Source: Octopus sinensis (taxonomy: Eukaryota). Taken from it: 64,000 nt of DNA. Location: positions 22,134,001 to 22,198,000 of the forward strand of contig NC_043008.1 of assembly GCF_006345805.1 (NCBI RefSeq), read 5' to 3'. How positions within the stretch are numbered: position 1 is the stretch's first letter; each line of letters begins with the position of its first letter. Position numbers and translations under genes: made by a program. A model generated the notes under the pieces. That model had not been told where the DNA came from, searched no databases, and saw nothing but the letters and a program-made list of their open reading frames with translations. This document shows, piece by piece, positions 52,526 to 64,000 of the stretch.

Positions 52526-52925
52526 CACAGAAGTGGTTGTGTGGTAAAAAGCTTGCTACCTAACCACATGGCTACAGGTTCAGTCTCACTTCATGGCACC
52601 TTGGGCAAGTTTCTTCTGCTATGCTATAGCCTTGGGCTGACCAAAGCCTTGTGAGTGGTCTTGATAGATGGAAACTGAAAGACGCCTGTCATGTATATAT
52701 ATATGTGTGCGTGTGTGTGTGTATTTGTGCGTCTGTGTTTGTCCCCCCAACATTGCTTGTCAGCTAATGTTGGTGTGTTTACATCCCTGTAACTTAGCGG
52801 TTTGGCAAAAGAGAGCAATAGAATAAGTACTAGGCTTACAAAGCATAAGTCCTGGGGTTGATTTGTTTGACTAAAGGTAGTTCTCCAGCATGGCCACAGT
52901 CAAATGACTGAAACAAGTAAAATAT
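52524..52925 (+). mobile_element. Full-length SINE-A
   Basis: Head, CORE-like block, linker and tail all present. Confidence 0.9.
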
Positions 52926-52961
52926 AAAGGAAAGATATGTGCACACGTGTGTGTGAGTGTT

Positions 52962-52995
<34 letters not shown>

Positions 52996-53124
52996 GACGC
53001 ACACATGCACACACTTGCATATACATACATGTATTACATTACTGTGCAAAAATTATCTGCCAAAACAAGTTTTCTCTCAGAGACCCTTAGATGCTTCAGA
53101 ATTTGTAAAGGATTATAAAAGTAT

Positions 53125-53400
53125 GTTATCACATGTGGAAAAATGTATATATATCTTGGCTGTATTCAGAAGTGATGAGAAGCAGGAAGCTGAATTGGAT
53201 GCTCAGATCACAAGTGTTGGCATGGTAATGTATAGTTTGCAGCATTCAGTCCCCAGAAGATAAAAAGCCAAACTCACGATTTTCGATTTGGTTTCCATGC
53301 TTACCATCATTGAAACTTGGGTAGTGACGGAAGGAGGACAATCCCAAATACAAGCAGCCAAAATGGAGTTTTGCCAAAGGATTTCTGGATTTGTTGACAT
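53125..53400 (+). pseudogene. RTE LINE ORF fragment
   Basis: VEKCIYILAVFRSDEKQEAELDAQI...KAKLTIF...ETWVVTE...QIQAAKMEFCQRISG, homologous to 39205-39595. Confidence 0.8.
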
Positions 53401-54383
53401 TCTGGTACATTCAAACATGAATATACTGTTTATTGTTGTATTTCATCACCAGAGAATATCTCCTCTCTTTAACCAATATGTGTTCATAGAACATGCAATT
53501 CAATGATGCAAAACTTTGTTTCCTTATACCTGTACTTTTGTTTAGATTCATCGATCCAGGATAGCTTTCACTAAAGAGACCCTCAATTAGATTAAAAAAA
53601 CTGCAGTGTCTCAAATAACCCTTATATCAATGGATCCCATATTTTATGAACGCAGTTATCTAAAAGATGTTCTCTGATGACAGAATACAACAGTGAATAG
53701 CATTCGTGTTTGAATCTGCTAAAATATATAAGGAATGAATTGATATATTATAAGAATCTATGTTATACTTAAATATTTACATAGATTAGGTAATATTAGA
53801 TGTATATATGGCAAATATATGATTCTAAATAATTTTTATAATTAAGTAATTATTGATTCACTAACCTTCAACTAACAAAATGCCAGTTCTCCATGGAATG
53901 ACACAATTTAATTACAAAGTTTCAGTTTGAATTATGTATGTTATAAACAGACATCATCTTTAGGAAGGAAATTTCTTCAATAACAAAGAACAGAAGCGAT
54001 CAGCATATTTGTAGTGAAGGGTGAATATGTATACTGGTGATGTGAGCTAGATCTAAGGATAACTGGCAGATTTGCTTCTAATTCTTAGTGATGTAAACTT
54101 TGGATGCTTAACCTCAGTTTGGGACACGTTTGAGGTTTTCTCACTTCTGTCTGCAATATTCTGAGTATTCTGTTCTTTTCTTTATTCTTTTACTTGTTTC
54201 AGTCATTTGACTGTGGTCGTGCTTGAGCACCGCCTTTAGTCGAGCAAATCGACCCCAGGACTTATTCTTTGTAAGCCTAGTACTTATTCTATCGGTCTCT
54301 TTCGCCGAACCACTAAGTTACGGGGACATAGACACACGACCATTGGTTGTCAAGTGATGTTGGGGTGACAAACCCAGACAAAC

Positions 54384-54435
<52 letters not shown>

Positions 54436-54769
54436 GGCTTCTTTCAGTTTCCATCTACCAAATCCACTCACAAGGCTTTGGTCGGCCCGAGGCTATAGTA
54501 GAAGACACTTGTCCAAGGTGCCATGCAATGGGACTGAACCCGGAACCATGTGGTTGGTAAGCAAGCTACTTACCACACAGCCACTTCTGCACCACTTTTT
54601 TTTCTTGATGATTCCCTACATAGCATAACTTAAGATCCAAATTTTCCTTAATATTTTACATTGAAACATCCCTAATTCATGAAAACAGATTGTCTCAGGT
54701 TTGTTTGCCACTGAAGCCTCAGGCATCTACATGTTTTCCCACTTATATTATTGATTCAGCAATATAGCC

Positions 54770-55445
54770 AGCATTCTGTCGGTTACTACGATGAGGGTTC
54801 TAGTTGATCCAGTCAACAGAACAGCCTGCTTGTGAAATTAATGTGCAAGTAGCTGAGCACTCCACAGACACATATACTCTTAATGTAGTTCTCAGGCAGA
54901 TTCAGCATAACTCAGAACGTGACATAGCTAGCCCCCCCTTTGAATTACAGGTACTGCTCATTTTTGCCAGCTGAGTGAACTGGAGTAATCTTTATATATA
55001 AAAGTGAGGTTGTGTGCTGTCTGTCTCCTACGATTTAGATTCCTAACTACTCCCACATTTTGCGGTGCAGTTTAACCAAAACCAGGTATCTTATAGTCAT
55101 GATTCATATCGAGCCCTTCTGTGTATTAGCGTGCGTCTATGATGAGTACGATTTAAAAAAAAATTTACCATCATTTTTTTCCATTTTAATGCATTTTTTC
55201 GCTATTAAATAAGGGAAGTAACTCTCTAAAAATGTCTACGATGTGTCAACGATTTAAAAAAAATTTTACCATCATTTTTTTTCCATTTTTAATGCATTTT
55301 TTTGCTATTTTTTTGCTATAACTCTCTAAAAATGCTTATATAGTTATTTCCCTTACAAACCCGAGCAACCCCAAGCGATACTGCTAGTGTGAAATAAAGT
55401 GTCTTGCTCAAGGACACAATGCATCACAGGGAATTTCAATGTAGT
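54770..55445 (-). mobile_element. CORE-like SINE (family E) split by a Helitron
   Basis: CTGGAGTAA|TGTGAAATAAAGTGTCTTGCTCAAGG rejoins exactly across the insertion. Confidence 0.85.
54989..55387 (+). mobile_element. Non-autonomous Helitron (family H3) with an internal ~100-bp tandem duplication
   Basis: A|TCTTTATATATAAAAG ... AAACCCGAGCAACCCCAAGCGATACTGCTAG|T. Confidence 0.9.
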
Positions 55446-57844
55446 CAACTCTTCTATTCATTCCATTCAGAGTCAACAAAATGGTAATGATGACAATGAT
55501 AATAAAAACAAAGCCATTGACCGTCCATGGAAATCTCAGCTACATGGAGTGGTTGGCGTTAGGAAGGGCATCCAGCCGTAGAAACACTGCCAGATCAGAC
55601 TGGGCCTGATGCAGCCTTCTGGCTTCACAGACCCCAGTTGAACCGTCCAACCCATGCTAGCATGGAAAGCGGACGCTAAATGATGATGATGATGATGATG
55701 ATGTAATACATGTAAATTAGTCCAGTCCGGTCCAGTCTAGTCCACACATGATCAAACCACCACAGTACCACAACACTCATCATTAAAGCCGACGTAGATC
55801 CTTTTAGTTAAGTATCTTCGCATGTAGATGTGTAAAATCTTCTTAAGTGCGTCTTACATGATATGCAAATTATTTCTTTGAAAAACTTTCCTGAGTTATG
55901 TCAAAGTTGTTTCTCGATGCCTTTACGATGATTAAAGTATTAGATTCTTCGCAACCTTTGAAGCTAAGAACATTTTTGTTTTTGTCTTGTTTGCTTATTT
56001 ATTTTGTGTGTGTTTGTTTCTTTTCTTCTCAAGACAAATAATAATCTATAGAGGATTAACAAGCATAACCGCCATTTAATGTAACTTTTATAAGTTCAAA
56101 GATAAAGATTTCCACTTCTCGTTTTTATATTACGTGACACATAGCACAAATACAAAACAGCAAATATCTGTGTTTATGTGCATGTGCATATGTTTGTGAG
56201 TGTGTATATATACAGGTATATATGCATATGTGTGTGTATGTGTGTATGTATATATATATATTTATAAATATGTGTGTTTGTATGTATATGTACATTATAT
56301 ACATGTGAGTATATATATATATATATATATACACACACATGCACACATACATACATATATACATTCATACATACATACATACATGCATATATACATACAT
56401 ACACATACATGCATACACAAATACGTACATACACACACACACATATATGACTAAGCAGAATTATAACATATATTTGTAAATATATATATATATCATCATC
56501 ATCGTTTAATGTCCATTTTTCATGCTAGCATGAACACACACATAAACACACACACATAAACACACACACACACACACTCCAGTGTAGTATGATTTACACA
56601 AGGCATCATAAGTCAGAACTGAAAAAATTACTATGAATTGTTTTAGAGAGTCTGTACTATGCTTAGGAGTTGAAACAAAAGCAAAACTACAGTTTACATT
56701 TTTACTTTAGATTACAATATTTCGAACTTAGAAGCCCTTTATCAATATTAAAGAAACAGGACTGATATAACCTAGTGTCTTTAACACAGATATATGAGGA
56801 TAAGGACTGTGCTATGCACAGACAAGTGTTGCTGTAATATTCAATTAACTATGATTCTAAGTTCAAATTCCACCAAGGTCATTCTAAGTTCAAATTTGAT
56901 TGTGGTCAACTCTACCATCCATTCCATTTAGAGTCAGAAAAAATAAGTACTCATAGAACACTGGGTTCAATGTAATCGACTCAAGACCTCCACCAAAAAT
57001 TGCTGGCCTTGTGCAAAAACTTGAAACCAATATTATACATGGACATACAGAAGTTTTTAAAGTAGCTAAAACAAAGCGTTTAAATATTTGGGTGTTACTG
57101 ATTGGTTGAGGAAGCATATAGTGTTTCAAGCTAAGTTTTATATACTTTTTAATGTATGCATTGTAATGTATGTCTGTATGTGTATCTATGTATGCATTTA
57201 TGTGTATGTATGAATGTATGTATGCATATGTATGTGCATATGTATATATATGTATGTATTCACTTATGCACATAAGGCGCAGGAGTGGCTGTGTGGTAAG
57301 TAGCTTGCTAACCAACCACATGGTTCCGGGTTCAGTCCCACTGTGTGGCATCTTGGGCAAGTGTCTTCTGCTATAGCCTCGGGCCGACCAAAGCCTTGTG
57401 AGTGGATTTGGTAGACAGAAACTGAAAGAAGCCTGTCGTATATATGTATATATATATGTATGTGTGTGTGTTTGTGTGTCTGTGTTTGTCCTCCCATCAT
57501 CGCTTGACAACCGATGCTGGTGTGTTCATGTCCCCGTAACTTAGCGGTTCGGCAAAAGAGACCGATAGAATAAGTACTGGGCTTACAAAGAATAAGTCCC
57601 GGGGTCGATTTGCTTGACTAAAGGCAGTGCTCCAGCATGGCCGCAGTCAAATGACTGAAACAAGTAAAAAAAAAAAATAAAATAAGGATAGCTTCCTTTC
57701 AACCCATTTGTGTGTGTGGCTGCCCACCATGCTCATGACTTCATCCAGTCCCAATCCATCTGCATATCTTAACTGAACTAGACTCCAAGCAGTTTAACCA
57801 ACCTATGAGGCTGATTGTCAGCATAGATTTGTCTTCCTAGGTGC

Positions 57845-58145
57845 CAAGCTGTAATGACCCTCAGAGCCATGCCAGCAGAGAGCAAGCTCCTAGTAGGGTC
57901 TCCCATGCTGGACAGGTCAAGAGATAGAGGCCAGACTAATATGAACCACCTCTTTCCGGGGGTAAAATTGGATTTGTGTAGGGCCAACGTCTTTACCTAG
58001 AGAAAAAAGCAAAGTTATAGATGTGCTGATGGCAATTCAAAACCAACAAGACCTGGGTGAGGACAATCCATGGGCAAGAACATTGGAGAAAGGTTGCTAA
58101 TGGATTATGCTCCATGGGGGTGGGGAGAAGGACTTAAGTTAATAA
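57845..58145 (+). mobile_element. RTE-derived non-autonomous remnant (5'UTR-like part joined to a 3'-end-like part)
   Basis: GGGTCTCCCATGCTGGACAGGTCAAG and GGATTATGCTCC...GGACTTAAGTTAA resemble RTE termini as I recall them; not verified. Confidence 0.4.
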
Positions 58146-59015
58146 GTAATTCTATCACAGTCTCCATACTTAGAAGATCTGTTACCTATATCTGTCAACC
58201 AGGTAAGACTGTGTCATCATCATCATCATTTAATGTCCATTGTCCATGCTGGTATGGGTTGGACTGCTGGCATGAGTTATAGAAATAAATGCGCAATGAA
58301 GTAAATATACAACAAAATACAAAGAATGAGTTTGAACTCAAAATCTATTAGTTGATAATCCAGTAGTGTACCAACTGCTTTTATTTTTATTTATTTATTT
58401 TTTTATTTTTTTATAGGTTTTTTTTTGATTTCTCTCAAGAATCATTACTAGTCCTGTCCTGTTCTAATTCCAGAACTCATTATTCCACTTTTCCATTAGG
58501 CTGTAATTTGCAATTTAAAGATCGTTATAAGGAAGAGAAACAATTATGTGGTGGAAAAGCCAATAAAAAGCATTTTATTGCAGACCGAAGATATCTGGTT
58601 AATAGTTCTATAAATGTAAAAGAAAATAGATCTGACAATTTGTGTTATACTTAACAAACTCTCCCAGAAATTGATACCTTCATGTCACATTGAAAATATC
58701 AGTCGGCATGGAGAAAGTAATTCAATAGCAGAAGTTCTTTTAACTCTTTTCATTTAAAAGTAAGTGATATAACTTTTTAGATGATTCCTCTCATTCAAAG
58801 ACATGTCGATATCCCAAATGCTTATTGAAACAGTTAATGCTACAATGGATATCATCACGAAAACTTTTTAATGGTTTGTTTTCTAGATACTGTGATATAT
58901 TCCTGGTGGATCAATGGTAAACATAGAATTTAAACTGAAGTTGACTGATTCTAACCTTGTAAAAACAATATTTCACAGCCACTGCTAGAACAAAAATAAA
59001 TAGTGGCTGTGTGGA

Positions 59016-59739
59016 GGCGCAGGAGTGGCTGTGTGGGAAGTAGCTTGCTTACCAACCACATGGGTCCCGGTTCAATCCCACTGCATGGCACCTTGGGCAA
59101 GTGTCTTCTACTATAGCCTCGGGCCGACCAAAGCCTTGTGAGTGGATTTGGTAGACAGAAACTGAAAGAAGCCCATCGTATATATGTATACATATATATA
59201 CAAAATTAGAAAATGGAGAAACATACTTAAATCAATCAAACATCAACCATCAGATGATACCCAATCAATACTTTATTACACCATTACATAACAGCAAAGG
59301 CATTATACAAAATGTATTGTAAATATAATTAGACAAGGAAATAGAAATATAAAATATAAAATATAATATATAATTATATCATATCTGACAGCTGTTTCGG
59401 CCGTGAGGACAAGTATGCCTATATACTCTCTAGCAGTATATTGGATATATGTTATCCCATGGTGGGTTGAATTTTCAACCCCTATCTCATTTTATATACA
59501 TATATATATGTATTTATGTGTGTTTGTCTGTGTTTGTCTCCCTAACATTGCTTGACAACCGATGCTAGTGTGTTTACATCCCCGTAACTTAGTGGTAAGT
59601 AGCTTGCTTACCAACCACATGGTTCCGGGTTCAGTCCCACTGCGTAGCACCTTGGGCAAGTGTCTTCTACTATAGCCTCGGGCCGACTAAAGCTTTGTGA
59701 GTGGATTTGGTAGACAGAAACTGAAAGAAGCCCGTTGTA

Positions 59740-59770
<31 letters not shown>

Positions 59771-59983
59771 TTGTGTGTGTGTGTGTCTGTGTCTGTCCTC
59801 CCAACATTGCTTGACAACCAATGCTGGTGTGTTTACATCTCTGTAACTTAGCAGTTCGGCAAAAGGGACCGATAGAATAAGTACTAGGCTTACAAAGAAT
59901 AAGTCCTGGGGTCGATTTGTTCGACTAAAAGGCGGTGCTCCAGCATGGCCACAGTCACATGACTGAAACAAGTAAAAGAGTAA
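59016..59983 (+). mobile_element. SINE-A interrupted in its microsatellite linker and fused to a second SINE-A
   Basis: 5' half 59016-59190, insert ~59200-59495, 3' part 59510-59595 joined at GTGGT to a second copy running to 59983. Confidence 0.85.
59200..59495 (-). mobile_element. (TA)n-inserted element with the 3' half of a hammerhead (GUC site)
   Basis: Minus strand GGCC-GAAAC-AGCT-GTC-AGATATG at 59380-59402. Confidence 0.55.
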
Positions 59984-60384
59984 AATCATCATTGCTTAAC
60001 GTCCATTTTCCATGCTGGCATGGGTTGGACAGCTTGACAGGAGCTGGTAAACTGGAGGGCTGCACCTGGTTCCTTAGTCTATTTTGGCTTTGCTCCAATG
60101 ACTGGCTACTTTTCTTTATGCTGACTCTTCTACAGAGTGTACTGGGTGTCTTTTTTGTGTCACCAGAACTGGCCAATTAATTAATTAATTAATTGATTAA
60201 TTAAAATTGAGTCTTCTGAATTTAAAGCTGAGTGATTAAGGAGCTTGTTTCCCAGTGGCATGGTTTCAGGTTAAGATCCTGTGCATGGCACTTTGGGTAA
60301 ATCTCTTCTACTGTAGCCATGGGGTCAACCAAATGATGTTTGAGTGTAATTGGTAGACATAAACTGAAAACAATGTTCTGCATA

Positions 60385-60735
60385 TGTCTGTGTGTGCGTA
60401 TGTGGCTGTGTGCGAGTGTGTGCGTATGTGCCTCTGTGTGTGTGCCTCTCTGTGTGTGTGTATGTGCCTCTGTAAGTGTATGTGTGTGCCTCTGTGTGTG
60501 TGTGTGTGTGTGCCTCTGTGTGTGTGTGTGTGTGTGGCTCTGTTTGCCTCTGTGTGTGTATGCCTATGTGTGTGTGTGTGTGTGTGCCTCTGTGTGTGTG
60601 TGCCTCTCTGTGTGTATGCCTCTATTTGCCTCTGCGTGTGTATGCCTATGTGTGTGTGTTTGCCTCTGTTTGCCTCTGTGTGTGTATGCCTATGTGTGTG
60701 TGTGTGTGTGTGTGTGTATTTGTATGTGTGTGTAC
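60385..60735. repeat. (TG)n array punctuated by GCCTC/GCCTA
   Basis: Directly visible. Confidence 0.9.
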
Positions 60736-60874
60736 CTTAGTGTCTGTATCCATCTCTCATCACTCACAATTGGTTATGTCCATGCTACGGCACCAACTCA
60801 AAGAATTTCTTTTAGTCAAATAGTTTAAGCCGACACCAGTACAATATTTAAATATTTAGTACCTAAATATCCTA

Positions 60875-61190
60875 ACTGTGCAGTGCTTAAATATAGAGTA
60901 TTCAAATGCAGTGTTTAAACATACAGAAAGAAAAATATGCTGTCTTTTAGATGTGCAGTATTTAAATATATGGCATCTAAATGTGCAGCTGCTAAGTGCA
61001 TACTGTTTAAATGAGCAGTGTTAAAATATATGATATGCGCAATATTTAAATGTGCAGTGCGTAAAGGTGTTAACTGTGCATCACTTAAGTACGTAGTGTG
61101 CTAAATGCGCAGTCTTTAGAAGTAGTGTTTAAATGTGCAGAGATAAAAGATGTGCAGTCTTTTATGCATGCACTGTTTGAATGCACAGAA
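60875..61190. repeat. Degenerate ~15-bp minisatellite AAATGTGCAGTGTTT
   Basis: The TG(T/C/A)GCAG core recurs more than 10 times. Confidence 0.7.
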
Positions 61191-61958
61191 CAATAGAGAG
61201 GAGAGAATTATTGATTAGATACATATGGGAAACATATTTTTCGTTTAAGTAAAGTTTTCCTTTTAATCAATTTGTAGTAGTAGTAGTAGTAGTAGTAGTA
61301 GCAGAGATGGTATTACTGGTATTTCTCTATCTGTTATAGTTTTTTAGTATCTATTGTGGTAGCGATATTTGTGATGATGTTGGCAGTGGTGGTGATGATG
61401 GTGGTGGTGGTGGCAGTGATGGTGGTGATGGTGGCAGCGGCGGCGGTGGTGGGGGTGGGGGTGGGGGTGGTGGTGTTATTGGTAATAGTTTTGATAGTAT
61501 TGGATAAATATTAGAGACATTAGTGTGTGGGTTGGTATTTACTCATTGTGATGGTCATTGTTAGAAAGGCAATATTTGAGATATGAAGGTGGCAATCTAG
61601 CAGAAACATTAGCACACCGGGCGAAATGCTTAGTGGCATTTCGTCTGCTGTTATGTTTTGAGTTCAAATTTCGCTGAGGTCAACTTTGCCATTTATCCTT
61701 TGAAGGTCGATAAATTAAATACCAGTTGCATACAGGGGTTGATCTAGTCAAGTGGCCCACTTCCCCAAAATTTCAGGCCTTGGGCCTAGAGTAGAAAAGA
61801 ATATTTGAGATAAGTTTCAGTAAGATGTTTACTTCATGACCACCTCATTATATGTTCAGTCCCACTTTGCAACACCTTGGGTAAGTGCCACCTACTAGAA
61901 ACCCAGGCCAGCAAAATGAGTTTGAATGAATTTGATTGATAGAAACTGCACATATATA

Positions 61959-62811
61959 TAAGGTGTGATGGGTAAATTTATATTATTTGATTTCGCACAA
62001 GCACATTGTTTGTTTTTGAATTTTTTTTTAGTACAGTAGGGTCAGTTGGGCACCGTATGTCAGAAAAACAGCACCATGATGCAATTCACTCTGCCAGAAA
62101 TTTGGAAATGACATGCTGTACTGCTTGGCATTCAAGCTGCAATACAGACATTTCAGAGTGCTTGGGTGTCAATCTGAGGTAAGCACAATCTAAGGATATG
62201 TACAGAGAGTGATAAAAATCAAATATCCAGTCAACATCCTAGTGTTTGGAGTGATCACTAGCCATGGTGACATTATGCCTCCGTTCATCTTCCCACACAT
62301 GGAGACCTACATTAAGTGCCTGGAGGAAGTAGTACTGCCCTGGGTGAAAAGGGTGGCTGCTGGAAGACCCTATATCTAGCAACAGAACTCTGCACCATGC
62401 CACACAGGCAGGAGAACCCAGTAATGCCTATCAAAGAATTTCTGCGCCCGCATCACCTCTAACATCTAGCCACCTAACTCCCCAGACTGCAATCCCCTTG
62501 ATTGTTTTGTGTAGGGTGCAGTTGAGCGAGAGACCAATAAAACTCTTTGTAACAACAAAGATGAACTAAAGGCAAGGATTATGGTAGCATTCACCAACTT
62601 AGACAAGGTGACAGTCCAGAAGAGTTGCAGGGGATTTCGAAGTCATCTGGAGGCTGTGGTTGAAGTCAATGGCGATTTCATTGGACAAATTTACTCTTTA
62701 GTATTTCAAGATACTTTTATGTAATTTTCGTAAGTATATCCGTTAAAATGAGATGTCAGTACTAATTTAATATCTGCGTAATTTAGACAGCAATACATTC
62801 ACCACATTCTG
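61959..62811 (+). mobile_element. Internally deleted maT/DD37D (Tc1/mariner) transposon
   Basis: 62212-62690 translates KYPVNILVFGVITSHGDIMPPFIF...VLPW...QQNSAPCHT...PPNSPDCNPLD...RSHLEAVVEVNGDFI; 37 residues between the second and third catalytic positions; degenerate TIRs; TA flanks; 4 in-frame stops. Confidence 0.9.
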
Positions 62812-62862
62812 TATATATATATAATTTGGTCAAGAGAAACTGTCCATCATATATATAGATAG

Positions 62863-62925
<63 letters not shown>

Positions 62926-63822
62926 CAGACAGATAAATTGATAGATAGAATTAGAGAGATTTGTTGTGTAAGGCTGGAACAATGTGAGAAGGTACAAAGT
63001 GAACTACAAAAAGAAGAGAAAAGAAAACTAAGTGGCAGTTTTACCCTATATTTCTATATTTTGGGGTACGGACCCCTTCTTTAGGACAATTGGAAAAGTA
63101 GTGGTTGGAGAAAAATATATATATATATATATTATCATCATCATCATCATCATTTAATGTCCATTTTCAATGCTGGCATGGGTTGGATGGTTTGACCAAG
63201 GCTGGCACATTGGAAGGCTGCACCAGGCTGCAGTCTAATTTGGCATGGTTTTTTATGGCTGGGTGCCCTTCCTAATGCCAACCACTCCGAGAGTTTAATG
63301 GGTGCTTTTATGTGCCACTGGCATGGGTGCCATTTGCGTGACACTGGTAGCTGGCACAACTGGTTTTGCTTGTCTTGATGGGTCTTCTTCTCATGCATGA
63401 CATGATGCCAAAGGTTTTGGTCATTGCCTCCATGAGACCCAACACTCAAAAGGAACTCAGCCACTTTGTCTCTGTGAGACCAAATGCTCAAAAGGAACTC
63501 AGACACTCTGCTTCCATGAGGCACAGAATATCAATATTAATACTAATAATATTGGTATTAGGAAGGGCATCCAGCAATAAAAACTATGTCAAAGAGGACA
63601 TTGGACCTCAATACAGTTTCTGGACACGTTGGATCCTGTCAAACCATCCAACCCATGACAGCATGGAATATGGCCATTAAATAATGATGGTGATGGTGTG
63701 GTGGTGGTGGTGGTTGTGAATATCAGAAATATGATAAATTCATAACAGGTATATACATGTAGAAAATATGTATGGGATCTCCTACCTGTAATTCCTTGGA
63801 CAAAAATTCAAAAATAATATGG

Positions 63823-64000
63823 AGGTGCAGGAGTGGCTATGTGGTATGAAGCTTGCTTCCTAGCCACATAATTTCAGGTTCAGTCCCACTGTGTGGCACC
63901 TTGGGCAAGTGTCTTCTACTATAGCCTTGGGCCAGCAGAAGCCTTGTGAGTGGATTTTGTAGATGGAAACTGAAAGAAGCCCATTGTAGATATATGTTTA
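63823..64000 (+). mobile_element. SINE-A 5' half at the window edge
   Basis: GGTGCAGGAGTGGCTATGTGG head and CORE-like block. Confidence 0.85.

Noticed and set aside
226-63680. The many YI/CV/HT-, Met-, Val-, Pro- or Asp-rich ORFs in the track
   Set aside because: They are translations of di- and trinucleotide microsatellites; there is no evidence of coding.

Overview
AT-rich eukaryotic DNA saturated with (TA)n/(TG)n/(TACA)n and trinucleotide microsatellites. The SINE families are ones I associate with Octopus (inference from recall, not a database search). No intact protein-coding gene, rRNA, true tRNA or CRISPR array is supportable; nearly all listed ORFs are microsatellite or repeat artefacts. 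Content: many tRNA-headed SINEs (CORE-like, V-domain, Meta-like), a (GAT)n-tailed repeat family with internal tandem arrays, six non-autonomous Helitrons, decayed mariner and maT (DD37D) transposons, RTE and other LINE fragments, and MITEs. The most interesting signal is a set of small elements embedded in (TA)n that carry type I hammerhead ribozyme motifs with palindromic stem III. One is structurally complete (52191-52284), one near-complete (32969-33016, minus), and several are 3' halves. Several of these elements form long fold-back palindromes, resembling Penelope pLTR/retrozyme-type elements. Two templated insertions into SINEs, clean nested insertions and weak candidate exons near 35 kb are also reported.
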